From a phage: 64,000 nucleotides of DNA. The position numbers were made by a program, and so were the translations under genes. This document shows, in pieces, positions 55,689 through 63,742 of the stretch (positions are counted from its first letter, which is position 1; every line of letters begins with the position of its first letter). Under the pieces are notes generated by a model. The model was given only the letters and a program-made list of their open reading frames with translations. It was not told the origin of the DNA and searched no databases. The DNA is taken from NCBI GenBank assembly GCA_018509705.1, contig GCA_018509705.1_3630.1. One strand, 5' to 3'.

Positions 55689-55886
55689 TTATTTGTCTTT
55701 ATGGCGGTATCGTTCTGCCTGTCGTTCACGTTCCAAAAGTAGGCCGGGCAATTTACGATCATAATGATTACGCCAGATCTTCCCAAACCTTTTTGGCTTA
55801 TTCAGTTTATTGTTACGCTGGCGGCGTTCTGGCAGCTCTTCGGAATCATGAGGGCGCTTTACAATTTTCTCGAAATTAATTTTCAT
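55689..55886 (-). CDS. hypothetical small basic protein
   Basis: Lys/Arg-rich; start uncertain. Confidence 0.3.
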   Translation of the reverse strand: MKINFEKIVKRPHDSEELPERRQRNNKLNKPKRFGKIWRNHYDRKLPGLLLERERQAERYRHKDK

Positions 55887-56229
55887 ATATTCCCCCCTTG
55901 CTAACTTCAATATTGGCCTGAATAGCCCGGATACGGCGCTTTATAACTTCCTGATCTGTGTGGTCGTATCCCCAAAAGTCTACAATTTTTGCGCCCCCCG
56001 CCTCCAGGCGGTATAGTGTTTCCTGCATTTTGTAAGCCGGGATCGGTCGCGGTGTTACTTGGTCACCTTCTTTATTTTTATACTTTATAATATAATCTTC
56101 GTTATCGTTGAATGCCCAAAATGGATATTCTGCAAGGGCGGTACTTCCTCTTTCCTTTTTATCCTGGATCTTATTTACAATTAAAGCCGTAGCAATAGCG
56201 CCAATAATAAAACTTGCCCCGCTGATCAT
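55876..56229 (-). CDS. membrane-anchored protein
   Basis: N-terminal TM ISGASFIIGAIATALIV. Confidence 0.45.
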   Translation of the reverse strand: MISGASFIIGAIATALIVNKIQDKKERGSTALAEYPFWAFNDNEDYIIKYKNKEGDQVTPRPIPAYKMQETLYRLEAGGAKIVDFWGYDHTDQEVIKRRIRAIQANIEVSKGGIYEN

Positions 56230-56303
56230 GTACTTTCTCCTTTCATGGTGTTAATAAATTATCTTTATAGATGGCCCTGCAACCAGGACCACCGAAAAAA
56301 TAA

Positions 56304-56549
56304 CTATTTCACAATGCCTACAAAACAGATCCCGCCTTCACCTATATAAGCAATATCGGTCACTTTATAACTTGTCAAGATCTGCTTATTTAGTTCATTA
56401 ATAAAATCGGTCATTGCGTTGGTGTAGTTGTCTTCCGTGTCTAAGGCATAATCCCAGGTGTACACCTTTTTACGTCCGAAGCCTTTTACCATGATACGGG
56501 CGCTTTTGGTGTTGGTAGGGGCATAATATTTGGTGATTAGTGCTGCCAT
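56304..56549 (-). CDS. hypothetical small protein
   Basis: ORF track; AGGAGTTAAAACC then ATG. Confidence 0.45.
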   Translation of the reverse strand: MAALITKYYAPTNTKSARIMVKGFGRKKVYTWDYALDTEDNYTNAMTDFINELNKQILTSYKVTDIAYIGEGGICFVGIVK

Positions 56550-56592
56550 GGTTTTAACTCCTATGCATTAGTTCAGTGTTAACAGTATAAAG

Positions 56593-56636
56593 TTTACTTT
56601 ATTGATGGCCCTGGTGTCAAGGCCATCTAAAAATAA
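56593..56636 (-). promoter_or_regulatory. 44-bp conserved palindromic terminator-promoter element, copy 2 of 3
   Basis: Identical to copy 3; directly after stop of gene 56639-56980. Confidence 0.5.
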
Positions 56637-56638
56637 GC

Positions 56639-56980
56639 TTACTCGTTTTCTTCCAGCTCCGCAAGCTCTTCTTTTGCTTCTTCTAACTCTGTCTGTAATT
56701 CCTGGTATTCTTCATCGTCCTCAATATCCAGGCTGTCGATGTAGTCGCTAAATCCGCAGCGGTAAGCGATAGGATCTAGCTCCTTGAGGATACGCGACGG
56801 AAGAAAAGAAATGTTTCCGATCATAATTTCGCCGTAGATCTCGTCTAACCATTCATCATAGTTTTCGTCGTACTTGTCCTCGTCGATTTCAAAGTTATCG
56901 ATCTTATTCTCAAGGTCTGCGATCTGTTTTTTCAGTTCAGCGATCTGCATAGCTTTTTCTGAGGCGGTCATAGTAGTCAT
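56639..56980 (-). CDS. hypothetical acidic coiled-coil protein
   Basis: ORF track. Confidence 0.45.
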   Translation of the reverse strand: MTTMTASEKAMQIAELKKQIADLENKIDNFEIDEDKYDENYDEWLDEIYGEIMIGNISFLPSRILKELDPIAYRCGFSDYIDSLDIEDDEEYQELQTELEEAKEELAELEENE

Positions 56981-57006
56981 GGTGTTTTTCTCCTTTTGTG
57001 TGTTCT

Positions 57007-57059
57007 GGGAAGTTTTCCCGTTTATGTGCTTATTATATCGATTTAAGTTAGCTTGTCAA
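57007..57059 (-). promoter_or_regulatory. promoter (TTGACA-16-TATAAT) followed by leader hairpin GGGAAAACTTCCC
   Basis: Read on minus strand. Confidence 0.55.
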
Positions 57060-57112
57060 TTAAAAGTTTAAGAAAAATTTTGCGACACCGTTGGCGCTAC
57101 CCATCAACATTT

Positions 57113-57180
57113 GCGCCAGGATGTACCCAATGATGCAAACGATGATGGTTACCTTTGTGTGCTGGCGTGTAGTGCTCATC
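57113..57180 (-). CDS. micro-ORF, hydrophobic peptide (boundaries approximate)
   Basis: AAGGAGG RBS; MSTTRQHTKVTIIVCIIGYILAQMLMGSANG... Confidence 0.3.
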
Positions 57181-57213
57181 TTTAAGCCTCCTTTTCCGCT
57201 CAACTGTGGTTAG

Positions 57214-57257
57214 TTTACTTTATTGATGGCCCTGGTGTCAAGGCCATCTAAAAATAA
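57214..57257 (-). promoter_or_regulatory. 44-bp conserved palindromic terminator-promoter element, copy 3 of 3
   Basis: TTATTTTTAGATGGCC-TTGACACCAG-GGCCATCAATAAAGTAAA after stop of gene 57260-57655. Confidence 0.5.
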
Positions 57258-57259
57258 AC

Positions 57260-57655
57260 TCAATAAGTTTTTAGTACTTTCCCGTCCAATCTGTCAAGCT
57301 GGATCTCGATAGCTGCAGAAAACCTATTGTAAACCACATCGCCCAGGGAGTCCAGCCAATCTATGACGTTATATACCTGCTCTTTATTCTTGCAAGTCCG
57401 GATCCGTTTCATTACGTAAGACGGATCAATATTAGCGCTCTCGTTGTTGTGGTCCTGCGCCTGGCCTGCTGCGCTAGTTATAGATTTTACAACCACCTGA
57501 AAGGGCTTTAAGGTGCCTTTTGCGTTCATCTCACGCGCTTTTGCGGCGCGGTTGTTATATGTTACACAACGGCGGCAAATGTTGACCAAATGCATATCAA
57601 TAATTTTTTCATCGTTTGCCAGTTCGTTCATGATGCGGCGTACGTTCTTGTTCAT
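57260..57655 (-). CDS. hypothetical protein
   Basis: ORF track; AAAGGAAAAAG RBS. Confidence 0.45.
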   Translation of the reverse strand: MNKNVRRIMNELANDEKIIDMHLVNICRRCVTYNNRAAKAREMNAKGTLKPFQVVVKSITSAAGQAQDHNNESANIDPSYVMKRIRTCKNKEQVYNVIDWLDSLGDVVYNRFSAAIEIQLDRLDGKVLKTY

Positions 57656-57675
57656 GATCTTTTTCCTTTGTGCTG

Positions 57676-57731
57676 GCGGGAAACATTCCCGCCTTTTGTG
57701 TCTAGTTTACTTAAATTTTGCAGCGTGTCAA
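57676..57731 (-). promoter_or_regulatory. promoter (TTGACA-16-TAAACT) followed by leader hairpin GGCGGGAATGTTTCCCGCC
   Basis: Read on minus strand. Confidence 0.5.
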
Positions 57732-57737
57732 TGATTT

Positions 57738-58136
57738 TTATTCGTGGGCGCATGTTACAATGTGTTTTTTATAGCCCAGGTGGTCAGCAAGTGCCGACAA
57801 AAACTCTTCTTCGTAGATCCAGCCGTCGGCAGTGATCCCCATAGCATTTAATGCGCTCTCAAGTGCTGCGTTAGCTTTATCGTAACCGTGACCGCTCGCC
57901 TTGCCGCCAGTATAACCGTACTTATTGTTCTTGTTGTCGTGAATCCAAAACACGCAGTAGTGAGTGTTCCCGCTGGCGGCGGCATAATACCGGATCTCAG
58001 CTACTTCGTGCAAATTATTGTCATCGTCCAGGCCCACCAGATTATAAGCCTTGTAAAATCCACGATCACGGCGGCAGTTCTTGACATCAGAAAAAGAAAA
58101 GTCCGCATTATCAAAATTAAAGGTAGTGGTTTTCAT
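57738..58136 (-). CDS. hypothetical protein
   Basis: ORF track. Confidence 0.45.
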   Translation of the reverse strand: MKTTTFNFDNADFSFSDVKNCRRDRGFYKAYNLVGLDDDNNLHEVAEIRYYAAASGNTHYCVFWIHDNKNNKYGYTGGKASGHGYDKANAALESALNAMGITADGWIYEEEFLSALADHLGYKKHIVTCAHE

Positions 58137-58200
58137 GATTTTATCCTCTTAGTGTCTTTTGTGTTTTTAGTGTATTTGGTGTCGGACTATATGTCAATAC

Positions 58201-58398
58201 TTATTTTTTATTAAACCAGTGGTTGATCTGTCCTTTTGTCAGGGCGCAACGATTAAGCTGTTGCCGGGTATAGCTCTGACCGCGACGGAATTTATAAAGG
58301 CCTTGCCCGTTGTTGATGGTTACGTCCACCTGGCAAACCATTTGATCGGTGACCACCTGGCGAGTGTTGCGACGTACTTTGATCCCGTATGCGTTCAT
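58201..58398 (-). CDS. hypothetical small basic protein
   Basis: AGAGGA RBS before ATG 58398. Confidence 0.4.
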   Translation of the reverse strand: MNAYGIKVRRNTRQVVTDQMVCQVDVTINNGQGLYKFRRGQSYTRQQLNRCALTKGQINHWFNKK

Positions 58399-58481
58399 AA
58401 ATTTATCCTCTTTACTGGTTAGTGCGGTGTTGTTCACCTTGTAGGGTAATAATACCATGATTAACCTTGTTGTCAACGATT

Positions 58482-58622
58482 ATTTTAAATTATTTTTATG
58501 ATAGAATCCACCTGCCGCCCCCGCCAGGTTAACCACCATTTTTTCGTACTCTTCTTTATGTTCCCGCGCTTCTGTATCATTAATCACTACATTTCCCAGG
58601 TGAGTAGCATTACCTTTCATTT
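58482..58622 (-). CDS. hypothetical small protein (46 aa)
   Basis: Strong GAGGAGG RBS; MKGNATHLGNVVINDTEAREHKEEYEKMVVNLAGAAGGFYHK... Confidence 0.35.
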
Positions 58623-58759
58623 TTGTACCTCCTCTTCAATTGTTTACCCTACAGCATGGGCCTACCAGGTTTGCAAGATTTCACCCTCTCCCACCTGGTC
58701 AGTTAGGTCCTGCCAGGTTGCAACGGTTAGCGCATCAGGTTAGAAAAATTTTTTGAAAA

Positions 58760-59030
58760 GGTGTTGACAGCGGCCCCGCCAGGGGGCACAATATACCTAT
58801 CGAAAGGACGGCAGGCACCGGTGACGGGGGAGACAACCACCGGGGATGGGCGCTGCATAAAATGAGAACGGTTATCATTATCATTTAAAAATTTATGCAA
58901 AAAATCCTTGCCTTCTTTGTCCTGTGTGATACTATAATAACAAGCCGGGGCAACAGGGGCCGGGAGACAATCACCGGGCCTGCCCGTTATTCTGCAAACG
59001 AGAATGATTATCATTCAAAATTCTAAATGA
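58760..59030 (+). ncRNA. two tandem homologous GC-rich structured units, each behind a promoter-like sequence; candidate small RNAs
   Basis: Unit 1 ...GGGGGAGACAACCACCGGGGA...AAATGAGAACGGTTATCATTATCATTT; unit 2 ...GGCCGGGAGACAATCACCGGGCC...AAACGAGAATGATTATCATTCAAAATT; TTGACA and TTGCCT-16-TACTAT upstream. Confidence 0.25.
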
Positions 59031-59224
59031 GAACTCCTCGCATTTAATAAATTTAATTAGCATGCTAATTACCCTCCGTAACAATTTCCTATAAAACAGT
59101 ATCCCATAAAATATTCCCATATAGAAATTTTAAAAATCCATTTCTGAAAACGAAAAATCGATTTCGTCCCCAAAAATTTCAGGTCGAGAGCTGGAACGAT
59201 TTCCAGAAAATCCGATTCAGAAAA

Positions 59225-59315
59225 CGAAAAACAGATCGAGTACTTGGAAATTTATCGAGAAAAATTTTCAGAAAATTCAATCTTTGAAACGAAAAACAGA
59301 TCGAGTACTTGGAAA
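59225..59315. repeat. perfect 26-bp direct repeat x2 inside an AT-rich GAAAA-repeat tract
   Basis: CGAAAAACAGATCGAGTACTTGGAAA at 59225-59250 and 59290-59315. Confidence 0.65.
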
Positions 59316-59620
59316 GCTGTACCGCAACTTCAAGATAGTGGCTGGATTATTGCCATAAAAGGCCAAGGGCGAGTGGGAAAGTTCTGGTAGAAGGGTGTGA
59401 GCATACGCGGAAAATCTGGAATGGTAGCCCGGAATATGACGCAAACGATAGGATGAGTGGTTCAGCTCATCGTGTCTACCCTGAAAAATCCATTTTAGTT
59501 TTCGATCCGTTTTCTGATTTTCTAAGAATTTTAAAATATCTGGCCTGGTGAAATATCAAAAAGGAGGAAATCCATTTTAGAAATCCCCCTTATACTTGAT
59601 ATGCCAGAAATTTTCAAGTA

Positions 59621-59950
59621 TCAGCTATCTTTGTTTTTAGGTTTATACATGCGGAGAGGTATAGTCTTTGTAACATTCCACTTCCTCAACCCTTCCCAGC
59701 TCCAATTGTGGGCGTGGTATCCGGTTATGCATGCACTGCTAGAGTGATCGTAAGCATAAGAGAACGCTAAGCGCACCAGGTGAGGCCAGTCCTTCCACGG
59801 TTGTGGCCCGTAAGCTTTTCTCCAACACCGACACAAACTAAATGTCTCAAGGATAGGAAGGATAACAAACCCATACACTGTAACCAAAATAGTCAGTGCA
59901 ATGATTGTCAGGAACACATACCCTGCAGTTGAAATGATGATCTCTGTCAT
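59621..59950 (-). CDS. membrane protein
   Basis: N-terminal TM IIISTAGYVFLTIIALTILVTVYGFVILPIL. Confidence 0.45.
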   Translation of the reverse strand: MTEIIISTAGYVFLTIIALTILVTVYGFVILPILETFSLCRCWRKAYGPQPWKDWPHLVRLAFSYAYDHSSSACITGYHAHNWSWEGLRKWNVTKTIPLRMYKPKNKDS

Positions 59951-60210
59951 TTGTCGTCCCCTTTCTTACGGATATAAATGTGAGAACCTGCCTGTATATA
60001 AATTTCTCGACCATCTTCTGCAAAGATGTGGAATACACGATCACCTTCGTACTCGATACGAGATATCTTCATGATTGTCTTTCCACCTGGGATGCGGATC
60101 TCGTCTCCCACAGCGATGTTCCATGCAGATTTAAGCTTAAACATCCGCACCCTCCTTTGGGAACTCGAATTCTGGCATAGCCATATACGCCACAACAGGG
60201 TTGTAATCAA
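59947..60210 (-). CDS. hypothetical small protein
   Basis: ORF track; overlaps neighbours by 4 nt. Confidence 0.4.
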   Translation of the reverse strand: MITTLLWRIWLCQNSSSQRRVRMFKLKSAWNIAVGDEIRIPGGKTIMKISRIEYEGDRVFHIFAEDGREIYIQAGSHIYIRKKGDDK

Positions 60211-60382
60211 AGTAGAAATGACCGTTAATTATCCCAGTTTTGTGAGCATAGTCACCAGATCCTGCAAGAACAACCTCGCAAACTCCGAAATCCACCTTGC
60301 CATTCTCATCTGCCATGGCTACAATATACTTTCCTAGAGGCATGTTTTTAACGCCGTCTACAAATGTCCACCCTTTGTTCAT
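60137..60382 (-). CDS. hypothetical small protein
   Basis: ORF track. Confidence 0.35.
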   Translation of the reverse strand: MNKGWTFVDGVKNMPLGKYIVAMADENGKVDFGVCEVVLAGSGDYAHKTGIINGHFYFDYNPVVAYMAMPEFEFPKEGADV

Positions 60383-60403
60383 AACTTTATCTCCTGGACT
60401 TTC

Positions 60404-60736
60404 TTAAGGTAACCAGTAAACAATTTCGCCTTTCAGTTCCATGTCGTTACCGACATAGATTTTCCAGCCATCCATTTTAGCCACTGCAGGAGTGAAGTCC
60501 GTAGAACCACTAACCTCTTTCCAAGTCCCGTAGTCAGGTTGCCAGATATAGAATCCACCTTCCTTGTCCCATGCTCCATATACCACATCGAGCAGGTTGC
60601 CCATTGCAACAATAGTGGGCCGTGGGAATAATACATCTACAGATGCGCCACAATTTCGGGTAGATTTTAAATTACAATCCCAAAAGATGTCTGCCAGTGT
60701 AGCGGCAATAGCTTTACGTCTTTCTAATGTTACCAT
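60404..60736 (-). CDS. hypothetical protein
   Basis: ORF track. Confidence 0.45.
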   Translation of the reverse strand: MVTLERRKAIAATLADIFWDCNLKSTRNCGASVDVLFPRPTIVAMGNLLDVVYGAWDKEGGFYIWQPDYGTWKEVSGSTDFTPAVAKMDGWKIYVGNDMELKGEIVYWLP

Positions 60737-60743
60737 ATCATAC

Positions 60744-60935
60744 TCACTTGTTGTTAATAAGTTCTAAAACTTTCTGTCTTACTTTGTCAAGGTCTGTTGA
60801 TTCAAAAACTGTGCGATATTCCCAACTTTGCCCATAGGAGTGACTGCAATCCCCGTAGCACCATTGCTCAATTTGATAGTATTCAAGGAACGGGTGCTGT
60901 CTAACTATGATACCATCCCGGTTAAAAATTACCAT
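60744..60935 (-). CDS. hypothetical small protein
   Basis: ORF track. Confidence 0.4.
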   Translation of the reverse strand: MVIFNRDGIIVRQHPFLEYYQIEQWCYGDCSHSYGQSWEYRTVFESTDLDKVRQKVLELINNK

Positions 60936-60998
60936 AATACATCGCTCTCTGTTAGTTTATGCGTATATTATACACTGCAGTTTTCAGATGTCAACCTC

Positions 60999-61250
60999 TT
61001 ACAGATTGCTCCAGTACAATCGGCATTTACATTTTGGGCAATGAGGTTCTTTTATGTAATAACCGTCAGTCTTTGGAACACTTTTTGGTGCAGTTTTAAT
61101 ATTGTACCTGGTAAAACATCGGAAGCAGGTTACCTCTCCGATCTGTTGATCGTTAATCCACTCGCCAGAGTAAAGCTCTTTCTTGTTTCTCATAATTCTC
61201 TTCAAAATCCTCTGCAATCTTATACCAAAATCTCCAGCCAGAAAGCACAC
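60999..61250 (-). CDS. small zinc-ribbon protein
   Basis: CFRCF ... CPKCKC pairs. Confidence 0.4.
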   Translation of the reverse strand: MCFLAGDFGIRLQRILKRIMRNKKELYSGEWINDQQIGEVTCFRCFTRYNIKTAPKSVPKTDGYYIKEPHCPKCKCRLYWSNL

Positions 61251-61444
61251 GGGAACACTTTGAGGATTGAATCTTTACTTGGCTCGGAAGTTCTTTTTCC
61301 GTATGGTAGGTAGAAATACCCTCCTGCAGATTCGAATATAGCTCCTTCGGTTGTATCTACCACAGCAAGAATTAAGATTTTAGTCTCCACAGTGCTCCCC
61401 TCTCTTAGTTGTTGTGGTGACTATACCATCTCAAAAACCAGCTG

Positions 61445-61942
61445 TCAACACTTTTTGTACTCCACCACGATAATATCCATATCAAAAGTGGCAAGGTTAA
61501 TAACGTCCTCTACGTGCTCCCACTTCAAACCGCCTATGCCGCACCCGATCTTAGGGATGTAGAATGGTAAAGTCGATCCACTGAATACCTCATTGACTAG
61601 CTCAAAGCCTTTCAGGATTGAGAAATATTCAGCATTAGGTCCTGGGTAGAACTGAGTATACAGATTGATTCCGTAGACAATACCTCTCGGAGATAAGTGC
61701 TCCCATCGGGAGAACGCACCCAGTTTACTTAGGCAACCATGTCTGGTCTCTTTGTCAGCTGCCAATGCTTGAGGGAACTCACGGGTAATCTGTTTTGCTA
61801 TCCCCTTGCCCATTGTGTGGAAGCAGTTACAACCGTGGATCAGGTGACCAGCACCACTCTTAAAAAGGGAGATTAAATCTCCCTCTACAGTATCAATAAT
61901 CACGGTATTCCAGCTCCTCTTCTGCAATTTCCAAAAACTCAT
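61445..61942 (-). CDS. macro domain protein of the TARG1/OARD1 type (predicted ADP-ribose hydrolase)
   Basis: GDLISLF, HGCNCFHTMGKGIA, IPKIGCGIGGLKWEHV line up with TARG1 motifs GDLF, HCISEDCRMGAGIA, MPRIGCGLDRLQWENV. Confidence 0.65.
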   Translation of the reverse strand: MSFWKLQKRSWNTVIIDTVEGDLISLFKSGAGHLIHGCNCFHTMGKGIAKQITREFPQALAADKETRHGCLSKLGAFSRWEHLSPRGIVYGINLYTQFYPGPNAEYFSILKGFELVNEVFSGSTLPFYIPKIGCGIGGLKWEHVEDVINLATFDMDIIVVEYKKC

Positions 61943-62318
61943 CCCAACCCTGTGGCATATTTGAGTTGCCGAAGTGGCTTTCGTAGTAGAGATTTTTACC
62001 ACTTGGAAGGTAGAAATCTGTTACCTCATAGAATCCACAATCGTCGCACTCACCTTCTTCAAACTTGGCCTCAACCTTAATACCGAGGAAGGTGAAAAGT
62101 TTATGGATATCTTCAGTTTCGAACTCCCAGTGAATGTTGTTTTCCGCATCGGTGTAGAACTGGATCAGCAGACCATTGTCCAGTTTACCAAAATACTCTG
62201 TGAAGTAACTTCCTTCCCAGAAATCTTTATGACAAATAATATCCATGCGTTTGCCCATAATAATGGTGTGAGCGTTTTGGGCATCGTCACGAATCAGTTT
62301 TGGCATTTCATAGATCAT
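61893..62318 (-). CDS. hypothetical acidic protein
   Basis: ORF track. Confidence 0.4.
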   Translation of the reverse strand: MIYEMPKLIRDDAQNAHTIIMGKRMDIICHKDFWEGSYFTEYFGKLDNGLLIQFYTDAENNIHWEFETEDIHKLFTFLGIKVEAKFEEGECDDCGFYEVTDFYLPSGKNLYYESHFGNSNMPQGWDEFLEIAEEELEYRDY

Positions 62319-62383
62319 CTTAGTTCTCCGGGTTCAACAGGTGGTGCTACAGGAAGATCATAAAACATGGCTATCACAGTCTC

Positions 62384-62581
62384 TTACACAGGAATTGCTT
62401 CAAATAGACCGTTATCTATACCGTCCTTCAGATAGAGATTATATTCTATATCGGTATCTGTATAAAGGGCAGCATCCAGCATTCTATCTGTGAGTCCATC
62501 CATCGGGTGGAGAAACCACCACCCACGCCAGTCAAAGTAACAGCCTGGTGCATCTTCTCTTACACGGATTCGATAAATCAT
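62384..62581 (-). CDS. hypothetical small protein
   Basis: ORF track. Confidence 0.35.
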   Translation of the reverse strand: MIYRIRVREDAPGCYFDWRGWWFLHPMDGLTDRMLDAALYTDTDIEYNLYLKDGIDNGLFEAIPV

Positions 62582-62677
62582 GGGCAGTGGCCTCCTGTTA
62601 GTTATACATCCCAGTTTTCTTCGTTCATCACGTCCTCCCGTTCTATGAAGTTATAATTGCACACCTTTCAACCTGTG

Positions 62678-63094
62678 TCAACAGAAAACTTCAACAAATT
62701 CTTCCACAGTTTTAATGTCGTGGGAAAAAGGTTTACGGCTATAACGGGCAATAGCACTATCAACCACCGCCCGGTACTCCAAATCTTCAGAATATTTCAT
62801 GAAGCATTGCAGCGTCTCTGGGCAGATAGCTAAATAGCTCCACCACCCCTCTTCAGATTGGTAGTCGAATCCCATACTCTCCAACCATGAAGCATATACG
62901 CCTGCACCCTCAAGCCAGTGAGTATTTTCATCCAGAAACTTGTTAATAGACATGTGAGCTTCTAAGCATTTATCCAGCTCTTTTCCGTTAACCAGCCACG
63001 CACTGACCATGGCGCATCCAAGGTCTACAGATTGAGTTGACAGGTTGTATTGGTCATAGTTCTCAGGTTTAACAATGATATCTTCTAATGTCAT
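62678..63094 (-). CDS. hypothetical protein
   Basis: ORF track. Confidence 0.45.
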   Translation of the reverse strand: MTLEDIIVKPENYDQYNLSTQSVDLGCAMVSAWLVNGKELDKCLEAHMSINKFLDENTHWLEGAGVYASWLESMGFDYQSEEGWWSYLAICPETLQCFMKYSEDLEYRAVVDSAIARYSRKPFSHDIKTVEEFVEVFC

Positions 63095-63155
63095 TTTTCA
63101 GATCTCCTTATACAAAAAGCCCCACCCTTTCGGGCAGGGCTATGTTAGTTATGTG

Positions 63156-63734
63156 TTAAAAGTATTCATAGAAGTATCCATCTGGAGCTGGAATTTTTTC
63201 ATGAATGTAGTAACCAATATATATTCCAGTTTCTCTGCTACAAGAGTTGTGGGATACCCATTCTTTAAGAACGTTACCATTCATGTCCAACCTCCTTACA
63301 TTTTTGCACCGTCTACCGCTGGTGCTTCTATGTAACAGAATATCCTCTGTCTGCTTGTCTTTATTTTCTCCCCAAGTCGTTAAACGGATATTATCAAAAG
63401 AGTACCCTTTGAAATCATCTATCCTGTCGCAAGAAGGCTTTTTCCTTTTGTCGTATCCGCTGGCTACCCACTGATCATACAACTCTTTGTAACCGTTTAG
63501 GTATAGCCACTCCTTAAACTCTTTTTTGGTGTAAGTCGGAGGAGGGTGACCTCTTTGCTTGCTGTTGCACTTTTGAGCCTTGTACAACACACGTATTACA
63601 CCTTTTTCTGAAGAGTCTTTAGCAAATTGGTCAGCCTCCCTGCTGGCCTTCTTGCAACACTCTTTGCACGTTGATTTGTTACTGGTGTAGAAGTCGGAGG
63701 CCTCCTTGTCCTCTCCACAACGTTTGCATTTCAT
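63156..63734 (-). CDS. HNH homing endonuclease with N-terminal zinc ribbon
   Basis: MKCKRCG...CKECC then SCDRIDDFKGYSFDNIRLTTWGEN HNH core. Confidence 0.6.
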   Translation of the reverse strand: MKCKRCGEDKEASDFYTSNKSTCKECCKKASREADQFAKDSSEKGVIRVLYKAQKCNSKQRGHPPPTYTKKEFKEWLYLNGYKELYDQWVASGYDKRKKPSCDRIDDFKGYSFDNIRLTTWGENKDKQTEDILLHRSTSGRRCKNVRRLDMNGNVLKEWVSHNSCSRETGIYIGYYIHEKIPAPDGYFYEYF

Positions 63735-63742
63735 AACTGACC

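Noticed and set aside
58727-59014. 95-aa minus-strand ORF
   Set aside because: Overlaps the tandem GC-rich structured units; no RBS; Cys/Pro/Gly-rich translation.
52877-59315. Possible CRISPR array (repeated 44-bp palindromic element and 26-bp direct repeats)
   Set aside because: Only two or three copies, spacing irregular (kilobases, or 65 bp for the pair), copies sit at gene boundaries, and no cas genes are present.
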